From Thermoprotei archaeon (GTDB lineage Archaea; Thermoproteota; Thermoprotei; Gearchaeales; WAQG01), in contig JAVZOV010000002.1 in assembly GCA_038881895.1 (NCBI GenBank), positions 162,961-226,960 of the forward strand: a DNA stretch of 64,000 nt, read 5' to 3'. Numbering within the stretch: the stretch's first letter is position 1; each line of letters starts with the position of its first letter. Shown here piece after piece: positions 9,799 through 19,642 of the stretch. Position numbers and translations under genes: made by a program. A model generated the notes under the pieces. The model made no database searches and had not been told where the DNA came from. It saw only the letters and a list, made by a program, of their open reading frames with translations.

Positions 9799-10746
9799 AT
9801 GGAGTACAAAAAATTTCAAAAAATTAATGAAAAAATTTCTGCAATAGGTCTTGGCACATGGCAATATAGTGAAACGTGGGGAATGCTTGATTACAATACT
9901 GCTAAATCAATAATAGCTAGCGCAATAGAAAATGGTGTAAATTTAATTGATACAGCTGCAGTGTATGGAAAAGGTAAGAGTGAGGAATTTATCGGCAAGG
10001 CTCTTAAAGAATTAAACACACGAGATGATGTGTTCATCGCTACAAAAATTCCTGGCGATTTTCTTAATAAGGACGATGTGTTCAGGGCCGTTGATAAATG
10101 TTTATCTAGATTACAAGTTGATACAATAGATCTAATGCAGGTTCACTGGCCTCCTCTTTGGCATAATTTTCCAACATGTGGATACATGAAAGCATTAGAG
10201 AGGCTCATTGAGCTTGGAAAAATCAGATATATAGGTTTAAGTGATTTTCCTGTTGAACTTATAGAAGCAGCTAGAAACTGTTTATCAAGGCATGATGTAG
10301 CAAGTATTCAAGTACGTTATAATGCGATAGAACGCGCTGCTGAGATCAATCATATTCCTTATGCAGAAAGGAATGGAATGATGCTATTAGCATGGAGCCC
10401 ATTAGCAAAGGGTGCTCTTACAGGAAAGTATACCATTAATGATATATCTAAATTAAATGATCTGAGAAGCTCAGATCCTATCTTCTCTCATGAGAATTTT
10501 AAGGAAGTTGAGAAACTTATTAGTTTACTAAAGAAAATTGGAGAAAAGTATAACAAAACTCCCTCTCAAGTAGCATTAAATTGGTTAATAATTGCAAGCA
10601 CCGCTGTAGTTCCTATACCAGGTGCTAAAAGTGTACAACAACTTATAGAAAACATCGGATCGTCAGGATGGCACCTAAGTTATAACGAGTGGCGTGAAAT
10701 AGATGAAGTTAGCAAAAATCTGAGAATTACTTACGTTACTTGGTAG
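9799..10746 (+). CDS. Aldo/keto reductase
   Basis: IGLGTWQ, DTAAVYG, IDLMQVHWP, WSPLAKG, IPGAKS; ATG at 9799 preferred over 9781. Confidence 0.92.
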   Translation: MEYKKFQKINEKISAIGLGTWQYSETWGMLDYNTAKSIIASAIENGVNLIDTAAVYGKGKSEEFIGKALKELNTRDDVFIATKIPGDFLNKDDVFRAVDKCLSRLQVDTIDLMQVHWPPLWHNFPTCGYMKALERLIELGKIRYIGLSDFPVELIEAARNCLSRHDVASIQVRYNAIERAAEINHIPYAERNGMMLLAWSPLAKGALTGKYTINDISKLNDLRSSDPIFSHENFKEVEKLISLLKKIGEKYNKTPSQVALNWLIIASTAVVPIPGAKSVQQLIENIGSSGWHLSYNEWREIDEVSKNLRITYVTW

Positions 10747-10775
10747 TTATTCCACATTTTTTGGCAATCCTGTTA

Positions 10776-11080
10776 TTAATACTCTCCCAGATGAGGTAAT
10801 GAGATTCTTGCTCCTAATGATGACTTATAACTAAGTAGCTCACCGATGGTTATTCTGCCTATTCACACTTATTTAAACCATGAGTTTCTGCCAGATTTTT
10901 ATTTCAATAAAATAGAAATATCTTATCTATGACTGAAGTTGGGAGATTCTTGTTCGAACATTTTTTGTTCATTGTTGTCAAGTTCAAGTTGTGCTAAACC
11001 AGCCCCTGAATGAAGCATATAGTCCATAGTTCGCTTGTCCGAACCTCCTCTCTAATTTCAGCTTACCTTATTCAGATTTT
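10776..11080 (-). mobile_element. Decayed copy or copies of the 21500-21790 omega-RNA element
   Basis: Colinear shared blocks GGGAGATTCT, CAGCCCCTG, CATRTAGTCCATAG, CGCTTG, GAACC and CCTTATTC (10921-11080), plus a second right-end relic at 10776-10810. Confidence 0.7.
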
Positions 11081-11257
11081 TGAATATCTTTTATAGCAAT
11101 AGAAATAATTTTGAAAACAAAACCAGGTAAAACATTACTTGCTACAATAGTTATAGATTCAATATTCGTTAAAGGGTGAGGTTTTCAATTATAGTGAATG
11201 TCAGTAGAGATTGGCTAAAAAGTTTTCTTGATTTAAAAATGAAGTTTGTTATCAGTA

Positions 11258-12688
11258 TTAAAATGGTAACATATCGTGAACTCCACCTTCTCTAATTCCT
11301 GCATCAGTGATTTTTATGAACATGGCATTATTTTGCAGCTCTTTTATATTCTTTGCACCTAAGTAGCTCATGCCAGATCTTAATCCACCAACTAGTTGTT
11401 TAAGTACCTCTGAGACTGTCCCCCTGTATTCCACTAAACCTTCGACACCCTCTGATACATAGGCCTCCACCTCTTCTTCTTCAAATATGCCCTCTCTTTC
11501 TAGTTTTGATAGGTATGCACCGTGTGATGCCATACCTCTAAATATTTTGTACTTCCTATTTTCACGTATTATTGTAACACCTGGACTCTCTTCAGTACCA
11601 GCCAAAAGATTTCCTATCATAACTGTTGATGCTCCTGCTGCTAATGCTTTTACAATGTCACCAGGCTTTCTTATGCCTCCATCTGATATTATGGGAACAT
11701 CGTATTTAGATGCAACTTGAGCACATTCCATTATTGCACTTATTTGCGGTACTCCAACACCTGCAACTAATCTTGTTATACACGCACTTCCTGATCCTAT
11801 CCCTACACGTATAGCATCAGCCTCGGCACTCACCAGAAGTTCAGCACCTTCAGCAGTAGCAACATTACCTGCTACAACATCTATGTCAAAGTTACTCTTT
11901 ATTTTTTTGATTGCTTCAGTCACACTTTGCGTATAACCGTTTGCAACGTCTATTATGATGAAGTCTACCTCTGCATCAAGAAGTCTTTTTGTACGTTCTA
12001 AATAATCTTTTAAGCCAACAGCAGCTCCAACCATAAGACGACCTTTTTTATCTTTTGAAGCATAAGGAAACTTTTCCATACTAACTATATCACGCATAGT
12101 AATTAAACCTCTAAGTATATTTTTCTCGTCAACTAACGGTAACTTTTCTATCTTGTGACTTTTTAATATTTCCTTTGCCTCATCAATTGTAACATCAGGT
12201 CTTGCAGTCACAAGATGTTTCCTCGGTGTCATTACTTCAGATACTTTTTTAGAACTTTTCTCGAAGATTATATCCCTCGACGTAATAATACCGAGAAGAT
12301 GATTACTTTCATCGACGACTAATAAACCACTAACCTTATACTTTTCCATCATTTTGCGTACGTCATCAATTGTATTGTCTGGACTTATAACGTAAGGTTT
12401 TTCTATTATTATTCCCTCAGATCTCTTCACCTTCAGAACTTCACGAACTTGATCTTCAATAGGCATGAATCTATGAATAACACCTATAGCTCCTTCTCTA
12501 GCCATTGCTATCGCTAAACGTGATTCTGTTACAGTGTCCATAGGACTGCTCACGATAGGTACATTAATTTTAATTCGCTTTGTAAGCCTTGAACTAATAT
12601 CAACTTCACGTCGTGAACGTATCAATGATGATCTCGGTAATAATAATACATCGTCAAAAGTAAGCCCCTCACCTCTGATTACAACCAC
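11258..12688 (-). CDS. guaB: Inosine-5'-monophosphate dehydrogenase
   Basis: [20 protein letters not shown] pair, [11 protein letters not shown] catalytic Cys. Confidence 0.97.
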   Translation of the reverse strand: MVVIRGEGLTFDDVLLLPRSSLIRSRREVDISSRLTKRIKINVPIVSSPMDTVTESRLAIAMAREGAIGVIHRFMPIEDQVREVLKVKRSEGIIIEKPYVISPDNTIDDVRKMMEKYKVSGLLVVDESNHLLGIITSRDIIFEKSSKKVSEVMTPRKHLVTARPDVTIDEAKEILKSHKIEKLPLVDEKNILRGLITMRDIVSMEKFPYASKDKKGRLMVGAAVGLKDYLERTKRLLDAEVDFIIIDVANGYTQSVTEAIKKIKSNFDIDVVAGNVATAEGAELLVSAEADAIRVGIGSGSACITRLVAGVGVPQISAIMECAQVASKYDVPIISDGGIRKPGDIVKALAAGASTVMIGNLLAGTEESPGVTIIRENRKYKIFRGMASHGAYLSKLEREGIFEEEEVEAYVSEGVEGLVEYRGTVSEVLKQLVGGLRSGMSYLGAKNIKELQNNAMFIKITDAGIREGGVHDMLPF

Positions 12689-12910
12689 TTGCTATCACCA
12701 ATATATAAATCCGCAGTCATAAATAAAAGTTACTACTCATTGCTGAATTATAACATAAAGTAAATTTCCATGCAGCCCTAATTTAATAGTTAAGAAATTT
12801 TTTAATATATAATATTAATATTTATTGTTAAAATTTATTTTATTATGATACTTTAATTGTATGTCATAGATCAAAGATTAAATTTTTTAAGAGGTGAAAT
12901 ATAGTATATC

Positions 12911-13219
12911 ATGGTGATTAAAGTGACGCTTAAGAGAAGTGAAATAGAACTTAGACTTGCTAAACTAGAAAATTGGAAACTGAGGGGTAGAAGAATAGTA
13001 CGAACTGTTAGGTTTAAAACGTTTTTAGATGCTATTAATTTCATAAATAGAGTAGCAATAATAGCAGAGCATAAAAACCACCATCCTGATTTGAGAATTT
13101 CCTACAATCGTGTGACTGTTTCATTGATTACTCATGATGTAAAAGGAATCACAGACCTTGATTTTCAGTTAGCAGAAATAATCAACAAAATAATAGACAA
13201 TTTCAAAGGTAAGGTTTAA
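12911..13219 (+). CDS. Pterin-4-alpha-carbinolamine dehydratase
   Basis: NHHPDL and THDVKGITDLDFQLA motifs. Confidence 0.9.
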   Translation: MVIKVTLKRSEIELRLAKLENWKLRGRRIVRTVRFKTFLDAINFINRVAIIAEHKNHHPDLRISYNRVTVSLITHDVKGITDLDFQLAEIINKIIDNFKGKV

Positions 13220-13793
13220 AAAACTGTTTTAGTTCAGGAATATTTTTTACATAATAATCGGCACCTGGTATACTTTGATTCACTGAAACTGTATAGCAAC
13301 CAAGCATTTTTCCAGCCTCAACATCCCATTGCGTGTCACCAACAAAAATTGTTTTTTTAGCATCGGCATTTAATTCTCTAAGAGCTAGAGAAAGTTGATT
13401 AATTCTACGTAAATCATGCTCCCTAGTTATTATAACAGAGAAAAACTTCAGGACACCAAGCTTATATAACGCTAAAGTTGCCGGTTCCATCGCTTGCAAC
13501 GTAACCAATCCAATTCTCACTCCGTTTAACTTTAACCATTTAAAAAAATCAATCAACACTTCATCGCGCATTACATCACTAGATGCACGCAATTCAACAT
13601 TTTTTATGTAATCAAAAGCTTTTTTAATCAATTCATGATTGCCCTTAGCTGCAATAGGTATACTGGTAGCCAACGGTTTTAAAGGATGATCCGTATTTAA
13701 TAATTTTCTTACAACACTCCTTAATGCCTCCCAATTTATATTAAGCTTCACTAAAGTCCCATCAAGATCAGTGACGAAATATTCAAACCTCAC
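13203..13793 (-). CDS. HAD-superfamily hydrolase (phosphoglycolate phosphatase-like)
   Basis: DLDGTL motif I, VGDTQWDVEAG motif IV. Confidence 0.88.
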   Translation of the reverse strand: MRFEYFVTDLDGTLVKLNINWEALRSVVRKLLNTDHPLKPLATSIPIAAKGNHELIKKAFDYIKNVELRASSDVMRDEVLIDFFKWLKLNGVRIGLVTLQAMEPATLALYKLGVLKFFSVIITREHDLRRINQLSLALRELNADAKKTIFVGDTQWDVEAGKMLGCYTVSVNQSIPGADYYVKNIPELKQFFKPYL

Positions 13794-13837
13794 GACAATC
13801 TGTTACTCAATAGTCATAAAACCTTATAAAACTGTGT

Positions 13838-14033
13838 CCGTTGTGGGATTCATGGACTTTCGTCCCTTCCCCCTCAACCTCATTAGGGGCTTTCTGGGCA
13901 ACGGGGCTTCCCTCATCCTGTGCTCCACCTCACCACATGTTGGGCATATGCCCATTCGGTGCTCCGCTCATCAAATACGGAATACACTAAACGTCTATAA
14001 AAATCTATCTATTCAGAGACTGCTGTACAACCC
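13838..14033 (-). mobile_element. Internally deleted IS607-like TnpB element (copy 1)
   Basis: Left end GGGTTGTACAGCAG...AATAGATAGATTTTTATAGACGTTTAGTGTATT shared with 18832; TnpB C-terminal scraps (APNGH, CPTCG, RMREAPLP); ends ACAACGG. Confidence 0.75.
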
Positions 14034-14065
14034 TAATACATAACTAAAATAACTCACTCCTTAAT

Positions 14066-14109
14066 CTGACCTCCTCCCCGCCCTAAAGAGGCGAGGCTTT
14101 CAGGTTGTT
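14066..14109 (-). mobile_element. 44-bp minimal IS200/IS605 PATE
   Basis: TTAC|AACAACCTGAAAGCCTCGCCTCTTTAGGGCGGGGAGGAGGTCAG: TTAC target, AAAG guide, single hairpin, TCAG end. Confidence 0.8.
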
Positions 14110-14128
14110 GTAATTGCAGTATTGTGCT

Positions 14129-14914
14129 TTATATTCTTATTCCGAGGATCTCTAGTATGAATTTTAGTGAGACGTAGAGGAAGACTGCTCCAAAGATTGT
14201 TTTGATGAACCATGCTGGGACTTTTGGCACTAGTCGTGCACCTATCTGGGCTCCTATAGCTGTTCCAGTTCCAAGAGATAGTGCTGCAACTATATCTGTT
14301 ACTCCTTGATATATCTTAAAGCTTCCAGAGATAACTGCCATGCTTATGAATGAAGTTAAAGATGTGCCCACCGCTATCTTTACAGGAGAACCTAGAAGAT
14401 ATATAAATGATGGGACTAGAGCGTATCCTCCTCCGAGACCTATTACCCCTGTTAACACGCCTATGAAGAAGCCAAGTAAAGATTTTGCTAGAGTTGTTCC
14501 AGGAATTATATTACCCACTTTCTCAGTAGTCTTTCTACGGAAAACGCCTTCATAGATCATTCTTATCGAGACATAAAGGAATGCTAAACCCAATATCAAT
14601 TTCAGGAGCGGTAGTTGAGTGATGAGGTATTGGAAGATTACTGAGCCTACGATTGCTCCTATACCGCCTGAAACTGCTACTACTAGGGCTGTTTTATAAT
14701 CAACATTCTTTATCTTAATGTGAGCTATGGATCCAGAGGAGGCTGTAATTATGACTGCTACAATCGTTGTCCCTATAGCGACTGGTAAACTATAGTTGTA
14801 AAGAAAGTAGAGTGCTGGAAGCATTATTACGCAACCACCCGTTCCTAGAAAACCACCGATAACACCAGCAACTAAACCAAAAAATATTAACGAAACTATG
14901 ATTACGATATCCAT
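14129..14914 (-). CDS. TauE/SafE-family (TSUP) membrane transporter
   Basis: Duplicated GxxGxGGG motifs, A(I/V)GT, about 8 TM helices. Confidence 0.9.
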   Translation of the reverse strand: MDIVIIVSLIFFGLVAGVIGGFLGTGGCVIMLPALYFLYNYSLPVAIGTTIVAVIITASSGSIAHIKIKNVDYKTALVVAVSGGIGAIVGSVIFQYLITQLPLLKLILGLAFLYVSIRMIYEGVFRRKTTEKVGNIIPGTTLAKSLLGFFIGVLTGVIGLGGGYALVPSFIYLLGSPVKIAVGTSLTSFISMAVISGSFKIYQGVTDIVAALSLGTGTAIGAQIGARLVPKVPAWFIKTIFGAVFLYVSLKFILEILGIRI

Positions 14915-15244
14915 GAGTATTTATCTTAGTACGAATTATTTAAATCTTACTTTTCACATCAAATATGAATCCAAATCTTGTTGCTGGAAGTTGATTAACG
15001 TTAATGGAGGTTTGGTAGGGTTTTCTGAAACTATACCTAATGTGTTCTCAACTAAATTTATTGCTCAGAGACTAAAGCATTGTATATGCTTATTTAGAAA
15101 ACTACTAATGGATAAGTGTGTGTATCCGTCTACCAATGGTTAGACCATTCTCTATGTATTCTTCTAGATGTTCTCCTTGTTTGTAAGTACTTCATCTTGA
15201 ATAAATTAATTTTTTATGTAAAGTTTTACTCTAGATTCTTTGCG

Positions 15245-15649
15245 ATGACTTCTCTCCAAGATTTGTATAGAATTGGCTATGACTTGGATTCTCTAATCAG
15301 GGGAATAGTAGCTTCTAGTAGAGGGATGATTAAGACTGTGATAGTGGTTTCTAGAGACTTATATGTACTGACGTTAGAAGTAGGATGTAACATATCTTTA
15401 GATGACCTCACGTCTGCAAGTGCAGTTATTATAAGTGCTTTTTCGAATATTCTTAGAGAAGCGGGTTTGAGTAGTTCTGAGAAGATTAGAATCCAGCTAG
15501 ACGATAAGAGATATCTAATCATACAATCCCACATAGATTACTTCCTAATCTGTATAGCTAAATCTAATGTAAGACTAGGGTTCATAGATCTAGTTCTAGA
15601 GGGTACTGTCAACCAGGTAATACGCATCCCTCTATCTTGGTTTCTATGA
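15245..15649 (+). pseudogene. Roadblock/LC7-domain protein, C-terminus replaced by IS6 sequence
   Basis: IKTVIVVSRD...SASAVII...IRIQLDD...LII...LICIAKSNVRLGFI roadblock pattern; residues after LVLE derive from the IS6 TIR at 15602. Confidence 0.65.
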
Positions 15650-15825
15650 GTATGTTGTGTATTAGGGCTATGGCTGCTGCTATCTCTTCTAATCTCTTAA
15701 CGATCTTAGAGTTTTATGTTGTTGTAGAATCTCCTAGTCCTATTAAGCTATCTAAACCATCTCTCAATCTTGTTTCTATTCCCGAACGTCTCATGGAGGT
15801 ATTCTATTCCAAGCCTCTTTAAAGC
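15602..15825 (-). mobile_element. IS6-family transposase 3' remnant with terminal inverted repeat
   Basis: Translates ALKRLGIEYLHETFGNRNKIERWFR*LNRTRRFYNNI/(frameshift)NSKIVKRLEEIAAAIALIHNIL; GGTACTGTCAACCAG TIR-like end at 15602-15616. Confidence 0.8.
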
Positions 15826-16705
15826 TCCAGGGAAATTGAAATCTGGAAAAGAGTTCCAAAAGGCGAAAGAACAGGTTAAAGAGTACATAAAAGCGGAATG
15901 GATTAGCCCGGAGTACTATGGAAGATATTTCGGTGTCATAATTGATGGATTCCAGATTGCTTTTATCAGATTTAGGAAGAAAGAGTGGGAAGAAACTGCT
16001 GCTTTAGAAGTTAATGCCCAAACAATTTTAAGATTGCTGGAAGCGATAAGAGGTTTAAAGCGAAAACCTATAGAGGCTAAACTCCTGCTTGAGGACTTTG
16101 GACCTGAAAGTAACATAACTAAAAGCTCTATTTTAACTTTATATAAAACCCTAATCAAGTCAAAGTCGCCCAGAACCAGCATGCTTTTTGAGGATTGGAG
16201 GAGGGTTTTCTTGCAAGTTTGTGCTTATTCGAAGGAGAAATTGGAAGGACTGATAGATTATTACAGTGTGAGGGGAGATGGGAGAATTGATGTTGAAAAA
16301 TTGATGTTTGCCATACATACTTATTACACCATCTTAATGAAACTTTTAACATCTGAAGTTGTAACTCTTTTTGCGGATAGCTTAGTTGGTTCTTACCTAA
16401 AACGGCTTGAAGAAGCTTACTTAAGAAATAAGTCAGATATGTTGATAGAACTAAAAGAGCTTGAAGAAGGGGAAATCTTCGCCCAGTTAGGAATAAAGAA
16501 TTTCCTAGAAGCTAACTATTTCGCCTGGTATTTAGAAGAATGGGACGATTATATTGCGACTTCCATTTTCGAGGTAATCAAGAAGTTGCTGGATTATGAA
16601 CCCGCTACGGTTGAATTATCACCTGAAAAAGTAAAAGACTTGTTCAAAAGGTTATATCAGAATTTAGTACTAAGGGATATTAAGCATAGATTAGGGGAGT
16701 ACTAG
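15818..16705 (+). pseudogene. Fragment of type IIG/IIL restriction-modification (N6-adenine MTase fusion) gene
   Basis: Begins mid-nuclease motif (FKAPGKL...EQVKEY), contains FAIHTYY, and stops at KHRLGEY* right at the GEYYTP motif, so the MTase core is absent. Confidence 0.8.
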
Positions 16706-16825
16706 TTTTTGTAAAATCTTCTAACTAAGAGTAGTGATCCTTCACTACCTTAACGTTCTTGGAACTTTAGGTAATAACACATGGTTACATTAATCTTTTA
16801 TTATTTCTTAGTATGATTCATTTAG

Positions 16826-17716
16826 GTGGAATGGTTGTCGTTAAAAGATTACATCACTCTTACAAAACCAAGTCAAACATTCTTGTTGGTATTTACATCT
16901 ATAATGGCTTATTATGCAGCGCCAGGAAACAAGAACTATCTAGTTGCATTATTATTAATAATATCAATGACATTAGCAGTGAGTGGTGTTACAGTAATAA
17001 ACATGTATTTTGATAGGGATATCGACAGTATTATGCCAAGAACTAAAAGACGTCCAATACCCTCAGGAAAGGTCTCCCCCACAAACGCGCTCATATTTGG
17101 CATCATTTTATACTTATTAGGGCAGATACTTTCACTGGGCATAAATTCTTTAGTAGCACTCACAATTTTTTTAGGTTTCTTCTTCGACATACCAATCTAC
17201 ACATTACTCCTTAAAAGGCGGTCCACAACAAATATCATATTCGGTGGTATAGCAGGTAGTATGCCGGCCATGGGCGGTTGGGTCGCACAGATCAATGCAA
17301 TTGATATGAGAGCATTGCTTATATCCCTGCTAGTCCTCCTTTGGATTCCAATGCATATTTGGTATATATCTACATATTACTTAGATGATTATAAACAAGC
17401 TAATATTCCAATGCTGCCAGTGGTTGTAGGACCACGCAAAGCTACAACGGGAATCATAATAAGCCTTCTTTTAATGGAATTGGACGTCATTATAATGTAC
17501 ATGCTAAGAATGGCTGGATTATTAACAGTTTTTGCATCAACAATGTTAATTGTTCTATCGATATATAAAACATTCATGTTCGCACAAAATCCAACCAAAA
17601 TAGAGGCAAAGAAACTTTTCAAGTTTGCCAGTCCATATCTTGCAATAATATTTGCAATGATCGTAATAGAGAATAATTTATTATCAATAAAATTAGTCAT
17701 GTTCATGTTTCCGTAA
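16826..17716 (+). CDS. cyoE: Protoheme IX farnesyltransferase (heme O synthase)
   Basis: NMYFDRDIDSIMPRTKRRPIPSG, YTLLLKRR, WIPMHIW, DYKQANIPMLPV. Confidence 0.95.
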   Translation: MEWLSLKDYITLTKPSQTFLLVFTSIMAYYAAPGNKNYLVALLLIISMTLAVSGVTVINMYFDRDIDSIMPRTKRRPIPSGKVSPTNALIFGIILYLLGQILSLGINSLVALTIFLGFFFDIPIYTLLLKRRSTTNIIFGGIAGSMPAMGGWVAQINAIDMRALLISLLVLLWIPMHIWYISTYYLDDYKQANIPMLPVVVGPRKATTGIIISLLLMELDVIIMYMLRMAGLLTVFASTMLIVLSIYKTFMFAQNPTKIEAKKLFKFASPYLAIIFAMIVIENNLLSIKLVMFMFP

Positions 17717-17826
17717 TTTCATGCATGTTCCTTATTCTTGATTTTTAACTTTCTTCCCATACTTTAAAGTACGGAGATAACTAAATTAAAGTTAATGTTA
17801 TAATGTTTGTTAGGTGGTGAAGCAAT

Positions 17827-18870
17827 ATGATGGAAGAAGTCATGATGGCTAAGGATTTGTTAATTAATGGAATGCTGAATGGTGAAGAATTAAAAATACC
17901 TGACTGGTTCAGAAAGCCTAATCGTGTAGCTTTCATTGGGATTGGCGGGTCTGCTATAGCTGGTGAGATAATTTCATGGATTTTAATAAACATTCATGGA
18001 ATACTTTCTCAGGTCTTTAGAGGACCAGAAATTCCAACAAATTTCTTCACAGATGATACTTTAGTATTCATAATAAGCTACTCTGGTAATACATGGGAGA
18101 CGCTTGCTGCTTTCAGAAGTCTAAAGGACATTAATTCAATGAAAATATCAATCACATCAAACGGAAAATTGGCAGAAATATCAAGCAGGTTTAACATTCC
18201 AGTAATACCTTTAACGCCTGAAATACAACCTAGATCAAGCCTTTACGAACAAGTTGCATCATTATTGATAGTACTGGATAAGCTTGGGATTCGTGTAAGA
18301 GCTTCACAAGAACTTGAGTATAGTAAGCATGCCATAGAACGTGTCTTAAACAGTGAGCAGGATAGGGCTTATGAGATTGCTTCTATGATTGCTAGAAAAA
18401 GTATTGTGATATATGGTTATCGTTCAATGAGTGTAGCGGCCATGCGATGGAAAACACAATTTAATGAAAACGCTAAGATGACGGCATGGTATGAAACTTT
18501 AACAGAGGCAAACCACAATTCATTAGTTAGCTGGGGTGAATCGGAAGATTTAAACAATTACAGCATCATATTACTTCGATCTCCAAGAGAAGAAAGCGAA
18601 CCAATAAGGGAAACTTTAAACTGGTTCCAAGAATACCTTTCGAAAAGGCTTCATTTACTCACCTATGAAACATTTGAAGAATCGCTATTAGCTAGAATAC
18701 TTTCAGCGTGCATGATGGGTGACGTAGTATCTGTTAAGGTTTCAGAAATAAAAAATATTGATGCGAAATCAGTAAGACCGATTAATGCGCTAAAAAATCA
18801 CATGGAAAAATGGGGCATATACAATTATTTAGGGTTGGACAGCAGCTCACAAATAGATAGATTTTTATAG
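17827..18870 (+). CDS. Bifunctional phosphoglucose/phosphomannose isomerase
   Basis: GIGGSAIAG, SYSGNTWET, RWKTQFNENAK, EANHN; last ~13 codons lie inside a mobile-element end. Confidence 0.92.
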   Translation: MMEEVMMAKDLLINGMLNGEELKIPDWFRKPNRVAFIGIGGSAIAGEIISWILINIHGILSQVFRGPEIPTNFFTDDTLVFIISYSGNTWETLAAFRSLKDINSMKISITSNGKLAEISSRFNIPVIPLTPEIQPRSSLYEQVASLLIVLDKLGIRVRASQELEYSKHAIERVLNSEQDRAYEIASMIARKSIVIYGYRSMSVAAMRWKTQFNENAKMTAWYETLTEANHNSLVSWGESEDLNNYSIILLRSPREESEPIRETLNWFQEYLSKRLHLLTYETFEESLLARILSACMMGDVVSVKVSEIKNIDAKSVRPINALKNHMEKWGIYNYLGLDSSSQIDRFL

Positions 18871-19049
18871 ATGTTTAGTGTATTAAAGAATGCATGAACG
18901 TGCCCGATATGTGGTGGAAGGTTAGCATCGAATGGGCACGTCTAAACATGCTCAGGATGAGGGGAGCCCCGTTGACCCAGAAAGCCATCAATGAAACTTT
19001 TGCAGAGATGGAACAGACAGTTATAAAAAAATTAACTATCCAACAACGG
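18832..19049 (+). mobile_element. Internally deleted IS607-like TnpB element (copy 2)
   Basis: Same left end as copy 1; encodes TCPICGGRLASNGH and LNMLRMRGAPL TnpB scraps; ends CAACAACGG. Confidence 0.75.
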
Positions 19050-19055
19050 TTCTAA

Positions 19056-19610
19056 TTAACTCGATACTAGGTAATATCTAGGTCTTCGGATTAAAAATGC
19101 ACCAGATACGATACCGCTAATAAGCCCTATTAGGTGTGCTACTATATTTACTCCGGGTATTATCGAACTAGCGAGAAAAACCCATAAAGCATAGACTAAA
19201 GCTGCTCCTAATCCTCCAACATTCCTGCTCAATATTACATATGCTCCAAGGAGCCCAAAAATAGCGCCTGAAGCCCCCCCAGATAGCACATTATAAGGTA
19301 AAAGAAAATATGTTGCAATATTGCCTGTAATACCAGACACAAAGTATATTATGAGAAATCGAGACTTACCATATGCATGCTCTATAATACTACCAAAATA
19401 ATACAATGCAAACATATTAAATAACAAATGAAAAATCCCAAAATGAACAAACATGGAGGTTACTAACTGCCATACGAATCCCTCGCTCACTAATAAATTA
19501 TTTTGGGCTAGCAGTATAAGAATTGTATAGTTAATACTTACAGGAATGAACACAATGACGTTTATTATAATCAGAATAAGCGTTATTGATTGCAGCCTTA
19601 CTATAGACAT
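19056..19610 (-). CDS. Rhomboid intramembrane serine protease
   Basis: HLLFNM, GASGAIFG, AHLIG. Confidence 0.93.
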   Translation of the reverse strand: MSIVRLQSITLILIIINVIVFIPVSINYTILILLAQNNLLVSEGFVWQLVTSMFVHFGIFHLLFNMFALYYFGSIIEHAYGKSRFLIIYFVSGITGNIATYFLLPYNVLSGGASGAIFGLLGAYVILSRNVGGLGAALVYALWVFLASSIIPGVNIVAHLIGLISGIVSGAFLIRRPRYYLVSS

Positions 19611-19642
19611 TGTGATCTACCTTTATCGATGTTCACAAAATA

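Noticed and set aside
13771..14043. 90-aa ORF on the plus strand
   Set aside because: Antisense to the IS607-like relic and overlaps the HAD gene start
14960..15200. Possible second transposase relic on the minus strand (VDG...KHIQ...NLVENTLG)
   Set aside because: Similarity too weak to call without BLASTX
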